From positions 32,001 to 96,000 of the forward strand of contig OZ240245.1 in the NCBI GenBank assembly GCA_965198175.1: DNA of 64,000 nucleotides. The letters are read 5' to 3'. Position numbers and translations under genes: made by a program. Under the pieces are notes generated by a model. It was not told where the DNA came from, ran no database searches, and worked only from the letters and a program-made list of their open reading frames with translations. Source of the DNA: Candidatus Poribacteria bacterium. Lineage in GTDB: Bacteria > Poribacteria > WGA-4E > PCPOR2b. This document shows positions 42,325 through 51,925 of this stretch, in pieces. The stretch's first letter is position 1; the number at the start of each line of letters is the position of its first letter.

Positions 42325-42677
42325 GTGGTTAGTGGAGAGTGGTGAGCAAAGGCTTTAAACTAGCCACTGGATACTCTACACACCTTTACTTAACATAATA
42401 CAAGACAAATCGCTATATGTCAACTCTAAATGTAAAAGCAGTTGCCAGTGCCCCGTTTTTTTCTGACCACTGCTTTTAGATCGTAGGTTGGGTGGAGTGG
42501 ATGTGATGAGCGGAGAAAACTGAAGAAGACTATCGCACTCGCTATTCGCTCGCTTGATCCTGTTAGGACGCTTGATCGTTGGGTTTCGCTTCATCCAACA
42601 ATTCTCGAACTCAATTAACCAACAAACCGATTCGTCATAATCCACCTGTTTCAACCTCATCGCTCAACCCAACCTAC
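42325..42677 (-). repeat. Promoter+REPIN module, copy 3
   Basis: TTGACA-N17-TATTAT at 42423..42395; REPIN-like 42483..42677. Confidence 0.85.
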
Positions 42678-42808
42678 AAAAACTATAAGACTTGCGGTCA
42701 GAGAAAAACTACTTGACACTTGGGGTGTTAGGTTGTATAATTCATGTTATGAGATACATGTTGCTTTGGTGAGGTTTACTAAAATCATAAATTCAACAAG
42801 AGAGAGTT

Positions 42809-43835
42809 ATGACAATGGAGAAAAGAACTAGGAACGGCAATAAGAGCATAGAACTTAGACACGATCAACTTATCTTTAGATTTCCGGAGGTACACAGTGA
42901 AGCCGAACTGTTAATTGACTTCCAGCGGACGCTGCGGATTCCGGACGACAACCGCGCATATGATTTGCCGCCGGGCTTAGGAAGGTTCCCGCTGAGTCGC
43001 GTGGACGACTACCCGGATAACTTGCCGGACACATGGAACCAACATGGCGGGGTGTTTTTGCCGATGTACCAAGCGGAGGCGCTGTGGATAAATTTTCATG
43101 CTGGCTATCCGATGGCTGTGAAGATAGCAGCGGGCAAAGTCAACGCGATAACCGGAAAGGCGTGGAAGAAGGAGCTCCGCAGCGAGCCGCAAGATTACCT
43201 AGTTGTACCGGGTCAGGAGTGGTTGGACGGGTTTTGCGTTGAGAAGGGCTTAATCCGACAGTTTGTAGCGATGCCGCTGGGCGAGGGCTACACAGTGGAG
43301 GAGCAGTTAACGGGAGAGGCGGAGCACGGCGGGATCCAGATTGCGGTCTATCCTATGAAGCGGGCTGTATACGAGGAAAAGTTTGGGTTCCCCGAGGCAT
43401 GCCGCATAGAGAATCCGAGCGAACTACCTATTAGTGTGTAGGGAAAAATTGCCAGAGATGGGATTGGCACCCGGCGGTTTGATGCGGCAGGAGATTTACG
43501 AGGACGAACACGGCATTGATGCGTGGGATACGTCGCACTGCTCCCGTAGCTTCGTGCATATCGTCAATAGTGTGGATTTCTTTAAGATAACGGGCTGCGA
43601 GCCCCCAGGGAAGCCACAGACAGCTCAGGATTACACAAATGCAGGACTGCCTTGGTTCGAGTACTACGGAGGCGACCTAATAGCCCTGGAAGGGGCGAAG
43701 GAGTTGACAGAGCTAGACAGTGTAGCTTCCGTAAAACTAAAGAAGGGGGAAGGCTTCCTCCCGGACAATGATCCGGTGACGCCGGCGGTGGTGAAGAAGT
43801 TGAAACGATCGATCGTCAGGGAAGGGGTATTCTAA
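42809..43835 (+). pseudogene. Conserved hypothetical protein split by a frameshift (42809..43441 + 43434..43835)
   Basis: FQRTLRIPD..LPPGLG.FP, PMYQAEALW, QFVAMPLG.GY and MGLAPGG.MRQ.IYED, Y..AGLPWF motifs, which I recall as one polypeptide. Confidence 0.6.
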
Positions 43836-43905
43836 GGCAGGATGTTCGAGATTCTTCGGCATTGGCTGCAGGGAACGGCGACGAACGCTAGACGAGAGTT
43901 GTATC

Positions 43906-44811
43906 ATGAATCAAAGGAAGGAATCAGATTCAGTTTTGCAAATTGACGTGGGCACGGGAGAGGTAGTACGAGCGAACGTGTCGGACAATACACTTAAGGC
44001 GTATGAGCACGCGAGCCGAAAGCTGGAAAGCTGGCTAGAAGGGCGCAGGCTCACGGACGCTGTGCTGGCGGAATATGTCCGTTTTCTCTCTGCGGAGGGG
44101 AAGTCGCCGGCGACAATCAACCTTGTCGTGGCTGCGGTCAAGTGGATGGCTGTGCACCAGGGGGCTGATTACGAAGTTGGACCAATCAGCACGCGCACGC
44201 TTTCTGAAATCCGCATCGAAGGCAAAACGCGCGGTCGTCGTCAGGCAGACGGGCTCACGTGGGATGAAGTGGAGCGGATGTGCGCCGCCGCGGAATCGTC
44301 AGACACAACAGCGGGCTTGCGGGACGCCGCTATGATTAGCCTGATGAGCGATTGCCTGCTGCGCATCTCGGAGGCGGTTGCTGTCAATGTGGAAGATGTT
44401 AAGCCAGAGGGGCTTCTGCTTCAAAGGGACGAGGGGGAGCAGGCGGACGACGCGCTGTACATCTGCGAAGCTACCCGGCAGTTGATAGAACGCTATCGTA
44501 GGCGGGCAGGGATTGAGTCGGGCGCGTTGTTCCGGAGGATACGCTACTACAAGCATGTAACTAAGGATCGGCTTGGCGTGAAGGGGGCTCGTGAAGCGAT
44601 ACGGCGGTGGGCGAGGGAAGCGGGCATTGACGGAGCCATCAGCGGGCATTCGCTTCGTATGGGTTCTGCACTTTCGCTCGCTGAGGCTGGAGCAAGCGTG
44701 AAGGAGGTGCAACGGGCTGGTCGTTGGCAAGATTTGACGATGCCGGCGCGGTATGTGAGGGAAGCGCCCGCAGAAGAGAGCCCGGTGGAGAAGTATAAGG
44801 ATGGGAAGTAA
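43906..44811 (+). CDS. Cre-like tyrosine recombinase
   Basis: Core-binding N-domain, GLRDAAMI..MSDCLLRISE, ISGHSLRMG, AGRW, MPARY. Confidence 0.85.
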   Translation: MNQRKESDSVLQIDVGTGEVVRANVSDNTLKAYEHASRKLESWLEGRRLTDAVLAEYVRFLSAEGKSPATINLVVAAVKWMAVHQGADYEVGPISTRTLSEIRIEGKTRGRRQADGLTWDEVERMCAAAESSDTTAGLRDAAMISLMSDCLLRISEAVAVNVEDVKPEGLLLQRDEGEQADDALYICEATRQLIERYRRRAGIESGALFRRIRYYKHVTKDRLGVKGAREAIRRWAREAGIDGAISGHSLRMGSALSLAEAGASVKEVQRAGRWQDLTMPARYVREAPAEESPVEKYKDGK

Positions 44812-45291
44812 AATTGGGATTTGAGAGGAGTTGAAATGGGTAATCAGAATGTGCTGCAACGGAGAAAAAGAAAGGTCCTAACAATTTTAACAAGGGTACA
44901 ATTGAGGCTTATACGAAAGGAGTTTAATATGCCATCAGAATTACCGCCCCGAACAAACTATTGTGTTACGTTGTAGCAATGCCAGCGAATGAATTCCTAC
45001 AATTCGAGCGCCTAGCCCTGATGAAGCTATGCAATCGTCCAGGCGCCGATGAACAGCCAACTGAATGAAGCATGTAAAAAAAAATGCGAAATCGTGCAAT
45101 AACGCGATAAAACGTGATAAATAGCGGATTGGAAAAGCAGGTCAGATGATCGAGATTGGAAGTTCCCTTCTGTTCGAGAGCTAACAAAAGCGTTGGGTTT
45201 CGCTAGGCGTCTGCACGAAAGAGGGTGTAGTTTGGATGGCAGAACGTGCACCGTTGTTGATTCTGGAGGTAAAGACTATCGCCTTCACTAT

Positions 45292-45777
45292 TCACTCAGT
45301 TGATCCCCATATCCCCTTTTTTGCGGCTTGTGCTTCTCGTTGCGCTTTGAGGAATCGCTTATGTTCGTGAAAGTTGTCACCGTATACACGTCCGAATCCA
45401 CCCCTTACGATTTCGAGATTGACGAATTGATTATCGGATGTACGATAGACGAACGCAAGCAGACGCCCGTACCGATCCCGCCTCTGACGCCCAAAGCGGA
45501 GGACGACTTTTTCACCCTGAAGAAGCCTCTTCGTGAATTCGGTAGCTTCTGCGCCGAACGGCTCCGGCGGTCTGTCTGGGTGCACCGTCTCTGGCGTGTC
45601 GACGCCGATGAGCCGTATCGATTCTTTCTTCCCGCCGTAGCAAATCTTTATTGTGTCGCCATCGACGACGCCCAGAACGACGTAACCCGATGTTTTGTTA
45701 TTGCAACCTAGTCGGATACCTATGCCGAGGGCGACGACAAGCGCCACGAATAGAATCCAACCGCATCCCTTTTTCAT
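45292..45777 (-). CDS. Thermonuclease (SNase) family protein with N-terminal anchor
   Basis: VVDGDTI, IRLIGVDTPE, DRYGRLLAFVY, AKKGIWG. Confidence 0.92.
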   Translation of the reverse strand: MKKGCGWILFVALVVALGIGIRLGCNNKTSGYVVLGVVDGDTIKICYGGKKESIRLIGVDTPETVHPDRPPEPFGAEATEFTKRLLQGEKVVLRFGRQRRDRYGRLLAFVYRTSDNQFVNLEIVRGGFGRVYGDNFHEHKRFLKAQREAQAAKKGIWGSTE

Positions 45778-46150
45778 GCTTCCCCACTATGTTTACGGAC
45801 GTTTTTGTGTGCGGCGAGCCCGGCTAGTCGGCATTTTGAGATGAGCCATATCTCTTATTGCTTCGGATTCGGTTAGTGTGAGCCTTGAGTTTCGCCTTTT
45901 GTGCAATGGTTTTGAAGGTTATTGTGTCGAAGCGGCGGACTAATGTCAAGTGGAATCATGGATTTAGTGCGAGGGTAGGTTTTGTGTTTGGCGGCAGAAC
46001 GGATTTTTCCTTGCATTATTTTCTGAGATCAAACTATACTGATGGAGAGTGATAGAAGCAGTGATTAGTGGTCAGCAAGGGCAAGACTGACCACAGACAA
46101 TTGCTTCGAAAGAAGGGACTATCAATGTCTGACAAAGGTGAACTGAGGTA

Positions 46151-47383
46151 ATGGTCGAAATTGTGAAGGCAGGGATTAAGTATACACACTTTCTGGTGAG
46201 CGTTATTGGAGTGGTGCTTTCATTGAGAGTATCGGGCGCAATGGGGGTAGATGCCGACGATGACCAAGCGGCTCGCGCCTACGACGTGAGTTTACGGGCG
46301 GCTTTCCGTCAGGAGCATGAAAAGGCGCTCACGGCTCTGAATCGCGCCATCAAGCTGGATCCATCACTAGCGGATGCGCATTATTATCTCGGTATGCTTT
46401 ACGGAGCGCGGGATGGATGGAATAAGGCGTTGGCAGCATTCCAAAACGCTACGAAGGCAGACCCTGCATATATTGAAGCCTACTGCAGAGTGGGGGAGAC
46501 TTACCTGATAGAGCTAGCGCGTGTGAATGAGGCAGTTGACCCGCTAGAGCGAGCCGTTGAGATGGACCCTCACCATGCACAGGGTCGTTCGCTTTTGGGG
46601 ACGGCTTACTTTCGCCAGAACCGCCTTAATGAGGCAATCCGTGAGCTTCAACGCGCGGTTGAACTTGATCCTTCCAGCACCGACGCCCTCTATACTCTGG
46701 GACTCGCGTACTTTCGGCAAGGGGAAATTGAGGCTGCGAGTCTGCGCTTCAAGAAGATTATTGAACTAGACCCCTTCTACGCGAAGGCGTACTTGAACCT
46801 CGGGAACTGTTTTCGCCGGATGGGTCAAGCAGAAAACGGACGCAAGGCGCTAGAGACGTTTGCGCGGCTTAGCAAGGATGAGGAACAGATAGCGCGCCTT
46901 GAGCGTTTGGTGCGCCACGACGATTCGGATGTTGAGGCGTGGTATCAGTTGGGTCGGCTTCAGGTGGCGCGAGGTCAGTGGGATACTGCTGCCGGTGCAT
47001 TCAGGAAGTGCATCGCACTCAAGCCCAATGAGGCGCAGGGCTACGATGCGCTTGGTTATCTGTATTTCCAACTGAAAGCCTATCGAAAGGCACTACAGAT
47101 ATATGATGATGTCGTTCGGCGTCATCCCAATGTTGCACAGTATCGAAACAGCCTTGGCACTGTTTATATGACGATAGGGAACTATCCTAAGGCGATTGAG
47201 CAACTAGAGGCTGCGGTTCAGTTGAGTCCTTCTGAACCTGCCTTTCATCTAAATTTGGCGCAAATGTACAAACGTGCGGGTTACAGCGCAAAAGCGGAAG
47301 AGGCGTTTCATACCTATCAACAGCTCAAGTCCCAAAAAGATGGGGGAGCGAACAGCCAGGCACGTGATAAAGCAGGCAGGTGA
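46151..47383 (+). CDS. Secreted TPR protein
   Basis: About 9-10 canonical TPRs (AIKLDP..ADAHYYLG etc.). Confidence 0.88.
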   Translation: MVEIVKAGIKYTHFLVSVIGVVLSLRVSGAMGVDADDDQAARAYDVSLRAAFRQEHEKALTALNRAIKLDPSLADAHYYLGMLYGARDGWNKALAAFQNATKADPAYIEAYCRVGETYLIELARVNEAVDPLERAVEMDPHHAQGRSLLGTAYFRQNRLNEAIRELQRAVELDPSSTDALYTLGLAYFRQGEIEAASLRFKKIIELDPFYAKAYLNLGNCFRRMGQAENGRKALETFARLSKDEEQIARLERLVRHDDSDVEAWYQLGRLQVARGQWDTAAGAFRKCIALKPNEAQGYDALGYLYFQLKAYRKALQIYDDVVRRHPNVAQYRNSLGTVYMTIGNYPKAIEQLEAAVQLSPSEPAFHLNLAQMYKRAGYSAKAEEAFHTYQQLKSQKDGGANSQARDKAGR

Positions 47384-47425
47384 GTCGGTGAGAATTCGGA
47401 TTCGGAAAGGTGAAAGAGGATAATT

Positions 47426-49186
47426 TTGTCAATGCCAATTCAGTATCATTGGGGAGTCGAAGTCTACGGGTTGTCTAAGGATGGCAGAAAATTGTTACCG
47501 CCGAACACGCGGTTGAAAACGTGTATCGCGCTGTGCTCGTTCTTGATAGTTCTGTTGAATTGCCTCAACCTGTGCGCGGACAATCATGAAATCCAGTTCG
47601 TTGATGTCACAGCGGAAGCGGGAATCGACTTTCGGCATGTGAATGGAGCAAAAGGCGACTACCATTTACCTGAAACAATTGGTTCTGGCGGGGCATTCTT
47701 TGACTACGACACCGATGGTGACCTCGACCTTTATCTCGTAAATAGCGGGGACTTAACCGGCACCGCTTCGGAAGGATTGTACACTAGCATTCTCTATCGT
47801 AACAACGGCAACGGCACATTCACGGATGTGACCGATTTATCGGGGGTGGGAAACTCTGGAAATTATGGAATGGGCGCCGCCTGCGGCGATTACGACAACG
47901 ATGGCGATCCGGATCTTTACGTGACGAATTTTGGCGCGAATGTGCTCTATCACAACAATGGAAACGGAACGTTTACAGATGTGACCGGAACTGCGGGCGT
48001 GGGAGACGCGCTGTGGGGCAGCAGCGCAATCTTTTTTGATTACGACCGCGACAGTCATCTCGACCTTTACGTCGTCAATTATGTGCGTTATTCGCTTGAC
48101 GTCTCCTATCACCCCTGCGGCGTTCATGGTATCCGGACTCACTGCCACCCGAAAAACTTTGACGGGGCGCCGGACCGCCTCTACCGCAACAATGGGGACG
48201 GCACCTTTACGGATGTCACTCAAGCAGCGGGCTTCGGCGACATTAGCGGACCGCATAGTGGAAAAGGTTTGGGCGTGGTTGCGGCAGATTTCAACAATGA
48301 CGGCGAGCCAGATCTTTATGTCGCCAACGACGACACTCCGAACTTTCTGTTCTACAACAACGGAGACGGTACGTTTTCGGAGATGGGACTTCTAGCGGGC
48401 TGCGCCTTTAGCTTTGACGGTGTGGCTCAAGCGGGAATGGGGGTTGATGCTGGGGATTTCAATGGTGATGGGTTACTTGACATTTTTGTCACGAACCTTT
48501 CGCATGAGACAAACGCACTTTACCGGAACAATGGCGATGGGACATTTTCTGATATGGTTTATGAGGCGAATCTAGGAAAGGAGAGCTACCTATTTGTGGG
48601 ATTCGGCACGCGGTTTTTCGATTACGACAACGACGGTCACTCGGATATCTTCATCGCGAATGGGCATATTATCGAGGCTATTGCTCAAGTAACGGACGTT
48701 CTCACCTACGCGCAGCGGAATCAACTGTTTCATAACAACGGCGACGGTACATTTACGGAGGCGTCATTCGAATCCGGAGCGTATTTCCGCCGCGAAGGTG
48801 TCAGCCGCGGGGCAATCTTTGGGGATTATGACAACGACGGAGACATCGACATCGCCGTGACGCAGTCGAATCAGCCGGCAGAATTGCTGCGTAACGAAGG
48901 GGGCAATCGCCGCAACTGGGTACGGATTAAGTTGGTGGGGGTAGTCAGTAATCGGGACGGTATTGGTGCTCGGGTAACGGTGACAGTAGGCTCTCAATCG
49001 CAGTTGCAAGAGGCACACACCGGGTTGAGTTATCTGTGCAGCAACGACCCGCGGGTACTCTTTGGACTAGGCGATCATACAAGCATTGATCGTCTTGAAA
49101 TTCGTTGGCCAAGTGGGATTGTGCAGGTGTTGGAAAATGTCGAAGCAAATCGGGAAATTGTTGTGGTGGAGAAGGGCGGTGAGTAG
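47426..49186 (+). CDS. CRTAC1/ASPIC-UnbV family protein (start uncertain)
   Basis: FVDVTAEAGI, repeated DYDNDGD.DL FG-GAP motifs, SNRDGIGARV...FGLG...IRWPSG. Confidence 0.92.
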   Translation: MSMPIQYHWGVEVYGLSKDGRKLLPPNTRLKTCIALCSFLIVLLNCLNLCADNHEIQFVDVTAEAGIDFRHVNGAKGDYHLPETIGSGGAFFDYDTDGDLDLYLVNSGDLTGTASEGLYTSILYRNNGNGTFTDVTDLSGVGNSGNYGMGAACGDYDNDGDPDLYVTNFGANVLYHNNGNGTFTDVTGTAGVGDALWGSSAIFFDYDRDSHLDLYVVNYVRYSLDVSYHPCGVHGIRTHCHPKNFDGAPDRLYRNNGDGTFTDVTQAAGFGDISGPHSGKGLGVVAADFNNDGEPDLYVANDDTPNFLFYNNGDGTFSEMGLLAGCAFSFDGVAQAGMGVDAGDFNGDGLLDIFVTNLSHETNALYRNNGDGTFSDMVYEANLGKESYLFVGFGTRFFDYDNDGHSDIFIANGHIIEAIAQVTDVLTYAQRNQLFHNNGDGTFTEASFESGAYFRREGVSRGAIFGDYDNDGDIDIAVTQSNQPAELLRNEGGNRRNWVRIKLVGVVSNRDGIGARVTVTVGSQSQLQEAHTGLSYLCSNDPRVLFGLGDHTSIDRLEIRWPSGIVQVLENVEANREIVVVEKGGE

Positions 49187-49379
49187 ACTTGGCACCCCCT
49201 TGTTAAGGGAGTGAGTGCTTGTATTCGGTCAGTAGATCGCTCATCCCTACCTACAGACTATCGCACTCCCTGTTCGGTCGCTTGATTTCAATCCACCCTA
49301 CAAGAACTAAGACTATCGCCCTCCCTATCCGGTCGGTTGATCCCGTTAGTAAGGGGGAGGATTTTTGGATGTAGATAGG

Positions 49380-49412
49380 AGAAACCGAGTTTTTTGAAAA
49401 AACTCGGTTTCT
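49380..49412. repeat. 33-bp palindromic element
   Basis: AGAAACCGAGTTTTTT-G-AAAAAACTCGGTTTCT; second copy at 51892..51925. Confidence 0.85.
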
Positions 49413-49421
49413 GCTGCTTGT

Positions 49422-51827
49422 TTATTGGGTTAGTTTTACCAATGCCTCCGCCGCCCTAATTTTTAATTCAATGCTATCGTTGCCTCCGATAAAATCGATT
49501 AGAGCGGGGACGACACTCTTATCCCCCAAATTTTCCAACGCATTGACGACCTGGAACCATCGCAGGATGTCAATGTTATCGGTATCGTTGAGAGCATTAA
49601 TCCATCTGGGCACGAAACGCTTATCTCCCAAAGCTTTTTCGATGGTACGTCGCAAATTATAATTATAATCGTAATAATTGTTATCGTTGAAGGCGTCCAT
49701 CAAGTAGGTGACGCCACGCTCATCTCCTAATTTTGCCAGTGTACCGGCGGCGGACACTCGCACCCAGTCATCGCTATCGTTGAGAGCATTTATCAAGGCG
49801 GGGATGGCACGCTTGTCCCCCAACTCGCCCAACGCGAGGGCAGCTTCCTTTCGCACACTTGTATAGCTATCATTGAGAGCGTTTATCAAAGCGGGGATGG
49901 CACACTTATCCCCCAACTCGCCCAACGCGAGGGCAGCTTCCTTTCGCACTAAGCGATCGCTATCGTTGAGGGCGTTTATTAAGGCACGAACGGCACGCTT
50001 GTCCCCCAACACCCCCAGTGCGAAGACAGCTTGGCTTCGCACTAAGCGATCGCTATCGTTGAGGGCGACCATCAGGAAGGTGATGCCACGCTCATCGCCC
50101 AATTCTGCCAGCGCTTCGGCGACGGTCAATCGCGTTAAGGCATAGTTATCGCTATCATTGTAGGCATTTATCAAAGCGGTGATGGCACGCTTATCTCCCA
50201 ACATTCCCAGCGCACGGGCAGCATATTCTGACACTAAGTGATCGCTATCGTTGAGGGCATCTATTAAGCAAGGGACAGCGCTACTATCATCCAATTTTCC
50301 CAACGCGAGGGCAGTTTCCTTTCGCACTATGAAATTGCTATCGTTGAGGGCGTTTATTAAGGCGAGAACGGCTTGCTTGTCCCCCAACATCCCCAGCGCA
50401 CCGGCGACGGTCCATCGCACATTATCATCGCTATCGTCGAGGGCATTTATCAAAGCAGGGACAGCACGTTTATCTCCTAACTCACCCAACCGCTGAGCGG
50501 CGTTCATTTGCACATCGGGGTTGCTATCGTTGAGGGCATATATAAAGGCAGGAACAGAACGCAACCTGTTCAGCGCAGCAATAGCGCTCCATCGCACATT
50601 ATTATCGCTATCGTTGCGGGCGCCTATCAAGTAGGTGACGCCACGCTCATCTCCTAATTCTGCCAACGTTTCGGCGGCGTTCAATTGCAAGATGGCATCG
50701 TTATCGCTATCATTGAGTACATTTATCAAAGCGGGGATGCAACGCTTGTCTCCTAATTCTCCTAACGCCCGGGCGGCGTGCCGTCGCGCTAAAACATTGC
50801 TATGGTTGAGGGCGTTAATTAAGACAGGGACAGCACGATTATTCCCTAACGCTCTTAACACCTTAGCGAGGCGCTCTTGCACCCGCGCGTTATGGCTGCT
50901 ATGGTTGAGTGCATCCATCAAGTAGGTGACACCACGCTCATCTCCTAATTCTACTAGCGCTGTGGCGTCGTCCAATCGCAGCGGCGAGCCATCACTAACG
51001 TTGAGGGATTTAATCAGGACGGGGGCGCCGCTCTCATCTCCTAACTTTGCCAGCGCCCTGGCGGCGGACCTCTGCACTAAACTATCGCTATCGTTGAGGG
51101 TATGTATCAAAGCGGGGATGGCACGTTTATCTCCTAATTCTCCCAACGCGAGGGCAGCTTCATATCGCACTGAGAAATCGCTATCGTTGAGGGCATTTAT
51201 CAAGGCGGGAACAGCACGCTTGTTTCCTAACTTGCCTAACATACGGGCGGCGTTCATTCGCGTTAAAACATTGATATGGTTAACGGCGTTAATTATGACA
51301 AGAACAGCACGCTTGTCACCCAACCCTCCCAACATCCCAGCGGCGGACAATCGCACCGAAAAATCGCTATGGTTGAGGGCACCCCGCACGATTTCAAGTA
51401 GCAGCTCGGTGGAAATCGTTTCACTCAGCTTATAAAATCGATAATACGCCGTGAATGCGCCCTCGGTACGCCCATCAGCGGCAAGCACCCTCGCCATCAT
51501 GGCGCGCCCCGTGGGTTTCTCCGGGTAACGGTGAATAAAGTCATCAATCCATTTTTGGGATTTCTTACGGTTGTCCGCGTTGAGGGAGGCACACCCTGCG
51601 GTAATTACTCGCTCCAACATGGCATACCCAATGGGTTTCTCCGGATGCTCCTGAAGAAAACCATCAACCAATTTGAAGGCACGCTCACAGTCACCCACCT
51701 TTAGGAAGACATCTACTTTCCTTTCTAGCTCTGATTCTTCAGAACCGTAGCCTAGAGGCATCAGCCCGAGATAAGCCAAAGCAGCAATCGTAATAAGAAT
51801 TGTTATTGTCGTGGGAAATCGTTTCAT
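49422..51827 (-). CDS. Secreted HEAT (PBS-lyase-like) repeat protein
   Basis: Signal peptide, short TPR-like region, about 20 near-identical 31-aa repeats (ALGELGDKRAVPALINALNDSD). Confidence 0.9.
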   Translation of the reverse strand: MKRFPTTITILITIAALAYLGLMPLGYGSEESELERKVDVFLKVGDCERAFKLVDGFLQEHPEKPIGYAMLERVITAGCASLNADNRKKSQKWIDDFIHRYPEKPTGRAMMARVLAADGRTEGAFTAYYRFYKLSETISTELLLEIVRGALNHSDFSVRLSAAGMLGGLGDKRAVLVIINAVNHINVLTRMNAARMLGKLGNKRAVPALINALNDSDFSVRYEAALALGELGDKRAIPALIHTLNDSDSLVQRSAARALAKLGDESGAPVLIKSLNVSDGSPLRLDDATALVELGDERGVTYLMDALNHSSHNARVQERLAKVLRALGNNRAVPVLINALNHSNVLARRHAARALGELGDKRCIPALINVLNDSDNDAILQLNAAETLAELGDERGVTYLIGARNDSDNNVRWSAIAALNRLRSVPAFIYALNDSNPDVQMNAAQRLGELGDKRAVPALINALDDSDDNVRWTVAGALGMLGDKQAVLALINALNDSNFIVRKETALALGKLDDSSAVPCLIDALNDSDHLVSEYAARALGMLGDKRAITALINAYNDSDNYALTRLTVAEALAELGDERGITFLMVALNDSDRLVRSQAVFALGVLGDKRAVRALINALNDSDRLVRKEAALALGELGDKCAIPALINALNDSYTSVRKEAALALGELGDKRAIPALINALNDSDDWVRVSAAGTLAKLGDERGVTYLMDAFNDNNYYDYNYNLRRTIEKALGDKRFVPRWINALNDTDNIDILRWFQVVNALENLGDKSVVPALIDFIGGNDSIELKIRAAEALVKLTQ

Positions 51828-51891
51828 TTCTTGAAGTGTGCCCCCTCTAGCTCCCCCACCTTAAGCGGGAGAACCTTTGTAAGCAATCAGG

Positions 51892-51925
51892 AGAAACCGA
51901 GTTTGTTTGAAAAAACTCGGTTTCT
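51892..51925. repeat. Second copy of the palindromic element
   Basis: AGAAACCGAGTTTGTTTGAAAAAACTCGGTTTCT. Confidence 0.85.

Noticed and set aside
42376..42660. ORFs 42376..42660, 37106..37603, 37006..37224 and the 1249..1368 extension
   Set aside because: They are translations of repeats or shadows of real genes on the other strand.
37141..42677. Integron cassette array (GTTGGGT/ACCCAAC match GTTRRRY/RYYYAAC)
   Set aside because: The outer cores are in the reverse order for attC, the GTAG ends indicate REP elements, the genes carry their own promoters, and the nearby recombinase is Cre-like rather than IntI-like.
44929..45185. Possible decayed gene (RBS + MPSELPPRT..., later DWKFPSVREL resembling a DUF1566 motif)
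   Set aside because: Multiple stops and only a short motif resemblance; it cannot be supported without a search.
46151..49186. UGA readthrough fusing the TPR and CRTAC1 ORFs (same frame)
   Set aside because: There are two TGA codons in the gap region, no SECIS-like hairpin, and the CRTAC1 protein has its own signal peptide.
49422..51827. DGR template/variable repeat or CRISPR in the periodic DNA
   Set aside because: The periodicity is the coding 31-aa HEAT repeat; there is no reverse transcriptase, cas gene or repeat-spacer structure in the window.
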